NCBI GenBank assembly: GCA_964581025.1
Contig: CAZONA010000002.1
Location: 1-56,014 of the forward strand
DNA: 56,014 bases
Reading direction: 5' to 3'
DNA from: an uncultured Lachnospiraceae bacterium
GTDB lineage: Bacteria; Bacillota; Clostridia; Oscillospirales; CAG-272
A model generated the notes under the pieces. That model was not told the origin of the DNA. It ran no database searches and saw only the letters and a program-made list of their open reading frames with translations. Of this stretch, positions 1-9,233 are shown in pieces (the stretch's first letter is position 1; every line of letters starts with the position of its first letter). A program made the translations under genes and the position numbers.

Positions 1-280
1 CCGCTTTTTTCAATAGCCTAACCCAATTTTCCGCAATATTTTTCGAACTGCTTTCACAGTGATTATTTAGCATTATTTTATTAGCAAATTTTATAGGGCA
101 GCGAAATTTATTTCCACCGCCCTTATTGATATAGTTCTATTGTTCGATTGAGTGAGATTGCCGATTTTCGAATTCTTTTGAGTACTATTTATGCATAGCC
201 ACTTGACGTGCTGATAGTGCTTGATATGTATGAATTCCACGGGTTCAATAAATAATATATGTAAACAATATAATAAAAAG

Positions 281-303
281 TCATATAGTTTTCTACTATA
301 TGA
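281..303. repeat. Left copy of a perfect 23-bp inverted repeat (tcatatagttttctactatatga) flanking the integrase gene
   Basis: Exact reverse complement of 1703-1725. The copy itself has 9-bp palindromic arms (tcatatagt/actatatga) around an asymmetric 5-nt centre (tttct). Confidence 0.85.
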
Positions 304-516
304 CCGCCAAATCAGCATAAATAAAGTAATCTATTACACTAGTACTGTTTCAGTATATCATAAAAATTAAAATTATGCAATACCCTTTGTCAAAAAAAGT
401 TGAAAAAAGTATGAAAATCATTTTGTTCTGTCGCTTTTTTTGCATTGATTGCGCGATTATTTATAAAAAATATATTTTTTCAGTCAAAAAAACAGTCATT
501 TAGGAGGTAAAACAAA

Positions 517-1641
517 ATGTCTAGAAAAGGCGAAAACATTACAAAAAGAAAGGATGGAAGATGGGAAGCTCGATATATTAAAGGGCGTGATCTTAATGAA
601 AAAGCCATATACGCCTATTTATACGCTCACTCATATTCCGAAGCAAGAGAAAAGAAAAGGCTTGCGATGCAAGAATCAATTCAAAATATTAGTCGAAAAG
701 ATTGCAATGTGTATACGGTTGCATGTGAGTTTTTGAATTCAAAGCGATGCAATGTTAAGGAATCAACCTTTGTGCACTATTCGCAGATAATTGAAAAATA
801 TATCAGACCGTTTATTGGCGAAGCAAAAGTGAGCGCTATATCCAGCATTGTTTTGGAGAGTTTCACTAACCAGCTATTAAATAATGGGAAGATTGGATCT
901 AAAGGTGGATTGTCAAATAAGACAGTTAGAGAAATACTTGCCCTGCTAAAGCAAATAATGACATACGCATATAAAAAGGGGTACATAGGTAAAGTACCTG
1001 CTTTTATCTCTGTTCCTGCGGTTCCTAAAAAAGCAGTAAAAATTCTAACTCATAAAGAGCAGGTCGCTTTAGAAAAGTACACGAAAAATTCAGATGATAA
1101 AGCATTTGGAATATATCTCTGCCTTTATACAGGGCTGCGGTTAGGAGAATTATGTGCACTTAAATGGAGTGATATAAATATTAAAGATCAAACCATCCTA
1201 ATATCTCGCACTATACAGCGAATAGAAGATCGAGACCAAATGTTTGGCAAAAAAACTAAAGTTATTATAGATTCTCCAAAGACCGAATCTTCGCACCGAT
1301 ATGTTCCCATACCCAATGATATTGCTCAGAAGTTAGCAGAACGAAAAGAAAAGATATGCGATGAAAATCATTTCTTTTTATCCGGTACAAGTAAATATAT
1401 TGAGCCTCGAACTTACTACAAATATTATAAAAAATGCGAGAAGGATTGTGGCATAGGAGACTATACTTTTCATGCGTTACGCCATACTTTTGCAACAAGA
1501 TGTATAGAATGTGGATTTGATGCAAAATCATTATCCGAAATACTCGGACATTCGAATGTGAAAATAACAATGGAACGATATACTCACCCTTCGATGGATC
1601 TGAAAAGGAAATATATAGAGTGCCTGTATAACTCTTTTTGA
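517..1641 (+). CDS. int: Tyrosine recombinase / phage-type site-specific integrase
   Basis: AGGAGG at 502-507. The N-terminal 'RKDGRWEARY' is an arm-type DNA-binding motif of Tn916/phage-type integrases. The C-terminal 'HALRHTFAT...LGHSNVKITMERYTH' gives the HxxR..Y catalytic signature. Confidence 0.9.
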   Translation: MSRKGENITKRKDGRWEARYIKGRDLNEKAIYAYLYAHSYSEAREKKRLAMQESIQNISRKDCNVYTVACEFLNSKRCNVKESTFVHYSQIIEKYIRPFIGEAKVSAISSIVLESFTNQLLNNGKIGSKGGLSNKTVREILALLKQIMTYAYKKGYIGKVPAFISVPAVPKKAVKILTHKEQVALEKYTKNSDDKAFGIYLCLYTGLRLGELCALKWSDINIKDQTILISRTIQRIEDRDQMFGKKTKVIIDSPKTESSHRYVPIPNDIAQKLAERKEKICDENHFFLSGTSKYIEPRTYYKYYKKCEKDCGIGDYTFHALRHTFATRCIECGFDAKSLSEILGHSNVKITMERYTHPSMDLKRKYIECLYNSF

Positions 1642-1702
1642 AGTCAAAAAATGTGTCAAAACATATAAAAAGCCTTTAAATATAAATGCTCCAATCGATA
1701 AA

Positions 1703-1725
1703 TCATATAGTAGAAAACTATATGA
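1703..1725. repeat. Right copy of the perfect 23-bp inverted repeat (tcatatagtagaaaactatatga)
   Basis: Exact reverse complement of 281-303. Identity stops exactly at the 23-mer edges. It lies 62 nt after the integrase stop and 118 nt before the terY-like ATG. Confidence 0.85.
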
Positions 1726-1843
1726 TCAGTTCCCATAATTATATCAAATTAAAGTGGCGGTTTTTCAATTTTTAGACTAAATTAACAATTGAAAAAATTA
1801 TACTAAGTACGCAAAAATATACATATAAAAAGGAGCTTTTATT

Positions 1844-2488
1844 ATGGCTGATTATGTAAGAAGATTACCAGTATACCTTATGTTGGACATTTCCGGTTCA
1901 ATGAATGGAGAACCTATTGAGGCAGTAAAGCAAGGAGTGAGGACTTTGCTTTCCGAGCTTAGAAGCGATCCTCACGCAATGGAAACCGCATACCTTTCTG
2001 TCATTACTTTTAATAGTTCTGCACGTCAGGTATCTCCTTTGACAGAGTTGATGCTTTTTGAAGAACCCGAGCTCATTGCGTCCGGAGCGACTTCTATGGG
2101 TGAGGCAATAAATGTTTTGCTGGATTGCATTGAAAGAGAAGTTCATAAAAACACGCCCGATCAAAAGGGAGATTATAAACCACTTGTATTTCTGCTGACA
2201 GACGGACAACCCACTGACACATCTACGTTTAACAGCGCTGTTTCACGTCTTTCCGATAGTATGAAGAGAAATATTATTGCTTGCGCAGCGGGCGCCAATG
2301 CCAATACCGAATGTTTAAAGATGATTACTTCCAATGTCCTTATGATGAACTCTCTTACGCCCGGGGGGCTGGCAGAGTTTTTCCGATGGGTTAGTACATC
2401 TGTTAGTGCATCTGTGAAAATTGATGTGGCACCTGGCGACGGAGTAAGGCTTCCCGATCCTCCTCAGGGATTTGTGATTGTGCCTTAA
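1844..2488 (+). CDS. terY: TerY-like von Willebrand factor A (vWA) domain protein
   Basis: The N-terminus 'RRLPVYLMLDISGSMNGEPIEAV' is typical of the TerY family. MIDAS residues are present: 'DISGS' (DxSxS), 'SGATSMG' and 'LLTDGQPTD'. AAGGAG RBS upstream. Confidence 0.85.
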   Translation: MADYVRRLPVYLMLDISGSMNGEPIEAVKQGVRTLLSELRSDPHAMETAYLSVITFNSSARQVSPLTELMLFEEPELIASGATSMGEAINVLLDCIEREVHKNTPDQKGDYKPLVFLLTDGQPTDTSTFNSAVSRLSDSMKRNIIACAAGANANTECLKMITSNVLMMNSLTPGGLAEFFRWVSTSVSASVKIDVAPGDGVRLPDPPQGFVIVP

Positions 2489-2644
2489 TAAGCTTTGCTA
2501 TATTCTTCTCAATTGATCCGGAAGTGTTGTATGAAAAGCATATTAGAAAACTTTTCTGGATGCTTTGAAAATGTGATAAATGTTGACGGCTACAATATTA
2601 ATCTCGTTAAAGGAATGCAGCTTGTCTAAAAAGGAGGGAAAGCT

Positions 2645-4237
2645 TTGATTGATGAGAAAAGCAGTGATATGATAATAAGTCCATTGTCCGAAAACAGTAT
2701 TAATGATGTTACGGTTGACAATGAATTGACCGAAAAAGAGGTTGCAGAACAGGTATTGCCTGTTGTGATTGAAGCGAAAATGAGTAATGATGAAGCAAAA
2801 GAACTTGAATCAGATAGTGAATTACCGATTTCGATTCAGCCCATTGAAAACTGTAGCTTTACAAATGAAGTGGTGCCAGCAGATGTACATAATGAACTAA
2901 GCACAATCAATGATGAGGCATTTGCACAAGATTCATCTCCAAAAGTGTCTACTTCTGTTGTTCTGTCGGAGAAAAACGAAAATATTTCGCATGGTGATGC
3001 TAAGTCTACGAATTCTGTAGGTGAGAATAAACAGCCTGCTAAAGCTGTCAGTGCTGCGAGTTCTTTGCTGTGGAAATATCTTCCGATACCTAATGATGAG
3101 CCCGAACCGCACGAAGAATACCGATGTATGCAAGCTTCCTTTGCTGCAGGCACTGTTGCCGGAGCTAGCGTAAGAGGCAAGATGCATAAACACGGAGGAA
3201 CAAATCGTGATGACTGGTTTGAGGTTACGGATTTTCGCGATTGGATTATTGTGGCGGTTTCAGACGGTGCAGGATCCAAAAAGTTCTCTCGTATAGGTGC
3301 AAAGATCTCTTGCGAAGCCGCAACGAATTATATCAAAGAAGAGCTGGCGAAGCAAGAAGATAGTTATTCAAAGTTTTTGGTCAGCCTAGCCAAACCGTTA
3401 GATGATTTGGAGTTTGTTCAAGCATGCAGCTACTTATCATCTGTAATGAAAAAATCTGCACTGCATGCGATTTCAAAAATTGAAGAGATTTTTGAAATGC
3501 GCAAAAACGATCCCGAGTATGAAAAATGCGTCGGTAGAGAATTGAAACTTGATGATTTTGCGGGTACCTTCTTGATTTCAATGATCATTCCGGTAAATAT
3601 TAATGCTAAAAAAGAAACATTAATTCTTTCATGCCAGATCGGAGACGGTATGATTGCCGCAATTGATAGTGAGGCGCCCTTTGATGCCGCTTCGAAATTA
3701 CTTGGAGATCCTGATGGCGGAACATTTTCTGGAGAAACATGCTTTTTACTCTCTCCAGGAATGAAAGATGTTAAACATTTAAGCTCGAGAACACGAGTTG
3801 CCAGAGGTAAATATAATATGGTTTTGCTTATGTCCGACGGCGTGGCGGATGATTATTTCCCGAACGATACAGAAATTAAGAGACTGTATTTGGACTTGCT
3901 TGCTAACGGTATTATTGAATGCCCCAATGCGGATATGACCATCAACAAAAAGACGGTGGCTGCAATAAAACAATTACCGGATGCTATATCACACCCTTGG
4001 GTTAATGATCCTAATGTAAGGGTTTCTATAAATTATGTCAATAAAATTATGGACACTATGAACTGTTCATTGGCAGGAATTTGGGATAAAAAAAGCGTGT
4101 TGGGTTATGCTGCTTTAGATACACAGGGCTTCGAAAATGCCGGTAACCAAGCCGAAAAATTAAAAATTTGGCTTGATAATTATGTGGTGCGTGGCTCGTT
4201 TGACGATAGAACTCTTGTAATAGTTAGTTTAACGTAA
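2645..4237 (+). CDS. PP2C-family Ser/Thr protein phosphatase with an acidic, low-complexity N-terminal extension of ~150 aa
   Basis: TTG start 6 nt after AGGAGGG. PP2C_2-type metal-binding Asp motifs are 'VAVSDGAGS', 'QIGDGM' and 'LMSDGVADD'. It holds the position-2 slot of a TerY-P triad. Confidence 0.8.
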   Translation: MIDEKSSDMIISPLSENSINDVTVDNELTEKEVAEQVLPVVIEAKMSNDEAKELESDSELPISIQPIENCSFTNEVVPADVHNELSTINDEAFAQDSSPKVSTSVVLSEKNENISHGDAKSTNSVGENKQPAKAVSAASSLLWKYLPIPNDEPEPHEEYRCMQASFAAGTVAGASVRGKMHKHGGTNRDDWFEVTDFRDWIIVAVSDGAGSKKFSRIGAKISCEAATNYIKEELAKQEDSYSKFLVSLAKPLDDLEFVQACSYLSSVMKKSALHAISKIEEIFEMRKNDPEYEKCVGRELKLDDFAGTFLISMIIPVNINAKKETLILSCQIGDGMIAAIDSEAPFDAASKLLGDPDGGTFSGETCFLLSPGMKDVKHLSSRTRVARGKYNMVLLMSDGVADDYFPNDTEIKRLYLDLLANGIIECPNADMTINKKTVAAIKQLPDAISHPWVNDPNVRVSINYVNKIMDTMNCSLAGIWDKKSVLGYAALDTQGFENAGNQAEKLKIWLDNYVVRGSFDDRTLVIVSLT

Positions 4238-4248
4238 GGAGAATTACT

Positions 4249-5748
4249 ATGAGTGAAAAAAACATTGCTACAGCCACTCTTGAAGATGGTAGAAAATTAG
4301 AATATGTTGTTACGGAAAATCCTCCGTCCGGCACTATGAAATATACCTACTTTGCCCCGGATAGATCATATGTTATACAGTTTTTTAACGATCCGGGAAA
4401 AGTGGATATTGCCACACGCGAACGCTTGGGGGCAATTATCGGAAGGTATAACCCTACACTTTCGGAAGAACTGGGCGGAGCTCACGGTAACTCTAAGCAT
4501 TCGGCAGAATATTTTCAGAATAGATTTTGCTGGCCTACAGCTTTGGTTCAAAGCCCCGAATTTGGAATCGTTTGCCCGGCATATCCTAAGAATTATTTCT
4601 TTACCGAGAATTCGACAACAATCAAAAATTACAAGGAGCAAATCAAAGGTCAAGACAAGAAAAGTATTTACTTTACTTCGGGAAAATTGAGAAAGTACTT
4701 AGCACCCTCTGAACTCGGAGATTTTCGCATGATGTTGAGTGTATCGATAAATCTTGCTAGATCAATCAGAAGAATGCATCAGGCAGGTCTGGCACATTCA
4801 GATTTGTCAGATAACAACGTATTAATTGATCCGCAAACGGGATCGTGCGTTGTTATAGATATAGATTCGCTTGTGGTTCCGGGTAAATGCCCTCCCGAAG
4901 TATTAGGGACTACCGGTTATATAGCACCGGAGGTTTTGGAAACATCTAACTTGCCTATCAATGATCCCAAGCGCAAGTTGCCTAGTATCGAAACGGATCA
5001 GCATTCACTCGCGGTGTTGATATATCAATATTTGTTGTGCAGACATCCTCTTAAAGGACCTAAAATTTATTCAACCGAGTCGGCAGAAAAGGATGAATTC
5101 TTGGCACTCGGAGCCAAAGCTACATTTATTGAGAACCCGACGGATCGTAGTAACAGACCGAATGATTTAACTTATACAATCAAAGATCTTGGTCCGGAGC
5201 TGGAAAATCTTTTTCTTAGAGCATTTGTGGACGGATTGCACAATCCCAAGAAAAGACCAACCGCAATGGAGTGGGAAAGAGGTCTTGTTAAAACATGGGA
5301 TATGCTGTATCCGTGCTCCAATCCGAGTTGTTCACATAAGTGGTTTGCTTTGTACGATCCTGCCCATCCGGCTTGCCCGTTTTGCAAAACAAAGATCAAA
5401 GAACGCGAATTGGTAAGAATCAAATTGAAAACTGAAGTCCGAGGACAAGCAGGTCAATGGCGAGATTCCGGAAATATCAATGTATACCATGGTATGCCAC
5501 TGTGTAATTGGCACATATTCTCAAATATTAATTCTGACGAAAATGCAGAGGATAGAAGTCCTAAGATATCGGTTCATAATTTGAATGGTGGATGGGTGCT
5601 TTACAATCGGAGTCTTGATAGTATGTTATCCCCATCGGGAAATAGTGTCCCAACAGGTCAGTGTATACAATTGAAAAACGGAACTGCTTTTAAAGTGTCC
5701 AGCAAACCCGAGGGATATGTAATTGAAGCTTCAATTTTAAAACTATAA
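4249..5748 (+). CDS. Atypical Ser/Thr protein kinase with a C-terminal Zn ribbon and a beta-rich tail
   Basis: Catalytic loop 'HSDLSDNNVLI' (HxDxxxxN), 'VIDIDS' (DFG equivalent) and 'GTTGYIAPEVL' (APE). There is no canonical GxGxxG loop. Cys4 motif 'CSNPSC...CPFC'. The start is 11 nt after the PP2C stop. Confidence 0.8.
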   Translation: MSEKNIATATLEDGRKLEYVVTENPPSGTMKYTYFAPDRSYVIQFFNDPGKVDIATRERLGAIIGRYNPTLSEELGGAHGNSKHSAEYFQNRFCWPTALVQSPEFGIVCPAYPKNYFFTENSTTIKNYKEQIKGQDKKSIYFTSGKLRKYLAPSELGDFRMMLSVSINLARSIRRMHQAGLAHSDLSDNNVLIDPQTGSCVVIDIDSLVVPGKCPPEVLGTTGYIAPEVLETSNLPINDPKRKLPSIETDQHSLAVLIYQYLLCRHPLKGPKIYSTESAEKDEFLALGAKATFIENPTDRSNRPNDLTYTIKDLGPELENLFLRAFVDGLHNPKKRPTAMEWERGLVKTWDMLYPCSNPSCSHKWFALYDPAHPACPFCKTKIKERELVRIKLKTEVRGQAGQWRDSGNINVYHGMPLCNWHIFSNINSDENAEDRSPKISVHNLNGGWVLYNRSLDSMLSPSGNSVPTGQCIQLKNGTAFKVSSKPEGYVIEASILKL

Positions 5749-5806
5749 GAGCTTAATGCTTTCGATATATTTATAACAATTATAAAATGGAGGTTTAGAT
5801 CATAAA

Positions 5807-8473
5807 ATGAACAAGTTTGGATTAAACGATGCTCAAGTCCAAGAATCGCGTAAACAGCATGGAACAAATGCCTTGACCGAACACAAAACAGAAGGCTTTT
5901 GGAGCAAATTGTGGGGGAATTTCGGAGATCCTATGATTAAGATTCTCTGCGTCGCTCTTTTGATTAATGTGGTTTTCGCAATTCTCGGACAAGTTGAGTG
6001 GTATGAATCTGTTGGAATTGCAGCAGCGGTTCTTCTTGCCACTTTGGTTTCTACTTTTTCTGAGTATAAAAACGAGAATGCTTTTCAAAAGCTTCAAGAT
6101 GAGGCGTCGCAGATAAAATGCAAAGTATATCGTAACGGCGACATCGTGGAAATTCCCATCAATGATATAGTAGTTGGGGATTGTGTCCTTCTTCAATCCG
6201 GTGATAAAATTCCGGCTGACGGCGTTCTGGTTGATGGATCAATTCAAGTTGATCAGTCCGTTCTCAACGGAGAGGCGAAGGAAGCTCCAAAGGGAATTAT
6301 GCCGGTTGATTATGTGGATCAAGATACAGCTACTAACTTTTTGAATCCTTATAAAGTGTTCAGGGGCTCTGTGGTTTGTGCCGGTAATGCTGTTATGAAG
6401 GTTACTACAGTCGGTGATAAATCGGTATACGGTCAAATAGCAAGTGAACTGCAAATTGAAGATGACCGAGAAACTCCGTTGAAGTTAAAGCTGAGTAAGC
6501 TTGCCGGCCAAATCAGTAAATTCGGATATATTGGCGGTATTGCAATTGCAGTAGCGTTCTTGTTCCAAAGAATTTTTATTCACAATGCTTTTGATTTTGT
6601 ACAAATAGGTGAGTATTTTGCAAACTGGATGAATCCGGTAAATGATCTTGTAGAAGCTGTTATGCTTGCTGTTATTATCATAGTGATGGCTGTCCCGGAA
6701 GGATTGCCATTGATGATTGCAATTGTTTCGGCACAGAATATGGGCAAGATGCTGAAGGATAATGTCCTCGTCAGAAAGGTTTCCGGAATTGAAACCGCAG
6801 GTAGCTTGAATATTTTGTTCAGTGATAAAACAGGAACAATAACCAAGGGTCAGTTTGAGGCTGTTGTATTTGTTGACGGCGAGGGAAAAGAGTATAAATC
6901 GTTTGACGATGTTGTCGGTGAACTTGGCAAGATGCTTTCACTCAGCGTTAGACATAATACGAGCGCATTGATCTCGGGAGAGGGATCCAATAAGCATATT
7001 GTTGGCGGTAATGCTACTGAAAGAGCTATATTGAGCTTTGTTGCCGGTAAGCAGGATTTTGCTAAGGTTTCTGTTACAGATAGCATTCCGTTTAATAGCC
7101 AAAACAAATATTCTGCAGCGCATGTAGATGGTGATTATAATATCTCGCTTGTTAAGGGTGCCCCCGAGAAAATTTTATCGAGATGTAAATGGTATTATGA
7201 TGCGGATGGGCGAAAACAGCCTTTAAGTGATAACGCCTTAGTAGTAAACGAGAAAATTGACACATTAGCCAACCGTGCGATTAGAGTTTTGGCTCTTGCA
7301 ACTTGCGATGAGAATATAAAGGACGATGCGCTTCCTTCCGGCGAGTGGACTCTTGTTGGAATTATAGGTATTAGGGACGAGGTCCGTCCAGAGTCGATTG
7401 CGGCGATTGCTAAAGTTCAGCAGGCCGGCGTTCAAGTCGTTATGATTACCGGTGATCGCAAAGATACCGCTATTGCTATAGCTAAAGAAGCAGGGCTTCT
7501 TAAAGTTGATTCGGATATTGTCCTTACATCAGATGAACTTGCGATGATGTCGGATGATGAACTTAAGACCAAGCTTTCGAATATTAGAGTTGTTGCACGT
7601 GCACTTCCAAGCGATAAGAGCAGATTTGTAAAAGTTGCACAGGAGCTTAATTTGGTTGTTGGTATGACCGGTGATGGAGTCAATGACTCTCCCGCATTAA
7701 AGAGGGCAGATGTTGGATTTGCAATGGGAGGCGGAACTGAAGTTGCAAAAGAAGCAAGTGAGATAGTTATTCTTGATGATAATTTTAATTCTATTCAAAA
7801 GGCGATTCTTTATGGACGTACAATCTTTAATAGCATTAGAAAGTTCATTATTTTCCAGCTGACGATAAATGTTGCCGCAGTGTTGATTTCGTTTATTTCA
7901 CCATTGCTAGGCATGGAAAATCCGCTTTCTATTACTCAAATTCTTTGGGTTAACTTGGTTATGGATACCCTTGCTGCTCTTGCTTTTGGAGGAGAGCCTG
8001 CACTTGATAAATACATGCACGAGAAGCCCAAGAGACGTGATGAGGCCATTGTTAGCAAATACATGTGGTCTTCGATTATTGTAGGCGCATTGTGGACATT
8101 TGGCTTGAGCTTGATATTCATTCTTAGTCCATTTGTGAAAAACTTCTTCAGACCGGATGTTGATAACAAATATTTGTTAACCGGATATTTCGCATTCTTT
8201 ATATTCTCGGCGGTATTTAACGCATTTAATGTGCGTGCTGAAGGGTTTAATCTGTTTGATAATATGAAAGGAAATAAAGGATTTTTGAAGGTTATCGGAT
8301 TAATATCTGTGGTTCAAGTAATATTGACCTACATAGGCGGCGTTATTTTCCGTTGCTTTGGTTTGAATCTGGTTGAGTGGATAATCGTGATTGCCATGTC
8401 TATTAGTATCATTCCTATTGATTTGTTGAGAAAATTAATTTTCAAAAAGATATCCGATAAAAGGGCTGTCTAA
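5807..8473 (+). CDS. Ca2+-type (type II) P-type cation-transporting ATPase
   Basis: 'DKTGTIT' phosphorylation site, 'AVPEGLP' (TM4), 'KGAPE', 'MITGDR', 'TGDGVNDSPALKRADVG' and 'LWVNLVMDTLAALA' (TM6). N-terminal Cation_ATPase_N-like 'GLNDAQVQESRKQHGTN'. Confidence 0.9.
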   Translation: MNKFGLNDAQVQESRKQHGTNALTEHKTEGFWSKLWGNFGDPMIKILCVALLINVVFAILGQVEWYESVGIAAAVLLATLVSTFSEYKNENAFQKLQDEASQIKCKVYRNGDIVEIPINDIVVGDCVLLQSGDKIPADGVLVDGSIQVDQSVLNGEAKEAPKGIMPVDYVDQDTATNFLNPYKVFRGSVVCAGNAVMKVTTVGDKSVYGQIASELQIEDDRETPLKLKLSKLAGQISKFGYIGGIAIAVAFLFQRIFIHNAFDFVQIGEYFANWMNPVNDLVEAVMLAVIIIVMAVPEGLPLMIAIVSAQNMGKMLKDNVLVRKVSGIETAGSLNILFSDKTGTITKGQFEAVVFVDGEGKEYKSFDDVVGELGKMLSLSVRHNTSALISGEGSNKHIVGGNATERAILSFVAGKQDFAKVSVTDSIPFNSQNKYSAAHVDGDYNISLVKGAPEKILSRCKWYYDADGRKQPLSDNALVVNEKIDTLANRAIRVLALATCDENIKDDALPSGEWTLVGIIGIRDEVRPESIAAIAKVQQAGVQVVMITGDRKDTAIAIAKEAGLLKVDSDIVLTSDELAMMSDDELKTKLSNIRVVARALPSDKSRFVKVAQELNLVVGMTGDGVNDSPALKRADVGFAMGGGTEVAKEASEIVILDDNFNSIQKAILYGRTIFNSIRKFIIFQLTINVAAVLISFISPLLGMENPLSITQILWVNLVMDTLAALAFGGEPALDKYMHEKPKRRDEAIVSKYMWSSIIVGALWTFGLSLIFILSPFVKNFFRPDVDNKYLLTGYFAFFIFSAVFNAFNVRAEGFNLFDNMKGNKGFLKVIGLISVVQVILTYIGGVIFRCFGLNLVEWIIVIAMSISIIPIDLLRKLIFKKISDKRAV

Positions 8474-8599
8474 ACGTATAGGTGTAAAATAGCCATAGAA
8501 TTGGAAAAGGTCAAAAATTATTATCATCTTACTAAGAGCGAATCTTGGAAAGATGATCGTGAATTTATATTGCAATTCATTAAATGGGAGGAAATGAAT

Positions 8600-9199
8600 A
8601 TGTCAGTTAATTTGCAAAAAGGACAAAAGGTCAATCTTAGAAAATCAAACGGTCAAGGATCTCTCAAACGAGTAATGGTTGGACTCGGATGGGATGAGGT
8701 TGAGCAAAAGAGAGGTTTCTTTGGATTAGGTCCCAAGCCCGAGGACATAGATTGCGATGCCAGTGCAATTATGTGCCGTAGAGGAAAGCTTGTGGATAAG
8801 TCTGATTTGATTTTCTATAACAATCTTACTCATTCAACGGGGACGGTAATTCACCAAGGCGATAATTTGACTGGAGCAGGCGATGGTGATGACGAACAGA
8901 TTTATGTGGATCTTGCCAGCATACCTCAAGTTTATGATCGCATTGTGTTTGTCGTTACAATTTATCAGGCTCGCGAACGTAGACAGCATTTTGGATTGAT
9001 TCGCAATGCTTTTATCCGCATTTGTGATATGGATAATGGTGCGGAAATCTGTAGATTTAACCTTTCGGATAACTACTACGGAAAAACAGCTATGATAGTT
9101 GCTGAGGTTTATCGTGTTGGTTCTGAATGGACATTCAATGCCATAGGCGAACCTACTACTGATGGCAGTATTGTGGATATGGCATCGCGTTTCATGTGA
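8600..9199 (+). CDS. terD: TerD-domain protein (paralog 1)
   Basis: Start moved from the TTG at 8501 to the ATG at 8600, which has GGGAGG 8 nt upstream. It begins 'MSVNLQKGQKVNL' and carries the acidic Ca2+-site motif '[15 protein letters not shown]'. Confidence 0.85.
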   Translation: MSVNLQKGQKVNLRKSNGQGSLKRVMVGLGWDEVEQKRGFFGLGPKPEDIDCDASAIMCRRGKLVDKSDLIFYNNLTHSTGTVIHQGDNLTGAGDGDDEQIYVDLASIPQVYDRIVFVVTIYQARERRQHFGLIRNAFIRICDMDNGAEICRFNLSDNYYGKTAMIVAEVYRVGSEWTFNAIGEPTTDGSIVDMASRFM

Positions 9200-9233
9200 A
9201 TTAAAAACAAAAAAATAAAAAGGAGTATTAATT

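Noticed and set aside
91-318. 75-aa minus-strand ORF at the left edge
   Set aside because: It has no RBS and low-complexity AT-driven codons, and it runs across the left inverted repeat. It is most likely non-coding.
1-516. Search for a direct repeat of the tRNA-Trp 3' end (att site) near the integrase
   Set aside because: Only unrelated 'ttcgaa' strings occur (about nt 43 and 168). Nothing matches ggattcgaaccc or its complement, so I make no att call.
2531-2629. 32-aa ORF (MKSILENFSGCFENVINVDGYNINLVKGMQLV) in the vWA-PP2C gap
   Set aside because: It has only a weak GGAAG upstream and no recognisable features, and I cannot test its conservation. I kept it as non-coding spacer.
4249-5748. 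Kinase as a stand-in for the EssB/YukC pseudokinase of T7SSb
   Set aside because: EssB is a membrane protein with a degenerate kinase fold. This protein has no TM segment and keeps the catalytic HxD..N and DFG-equivalent Asp. It sits in a classic vWA-PP2C-kinase triad, so it is not an EssB ortholog.
8501-8599. N-terminal 33-codon extension of the first TerD ORF, starting at a TTG
   Set aside because: TerD proteins start with 'M-x-V-x-L-x-K-G'. The ATG at 8600 gives exactly that and has GGGAGG 8 nt upstream. The TTG has no RBS.
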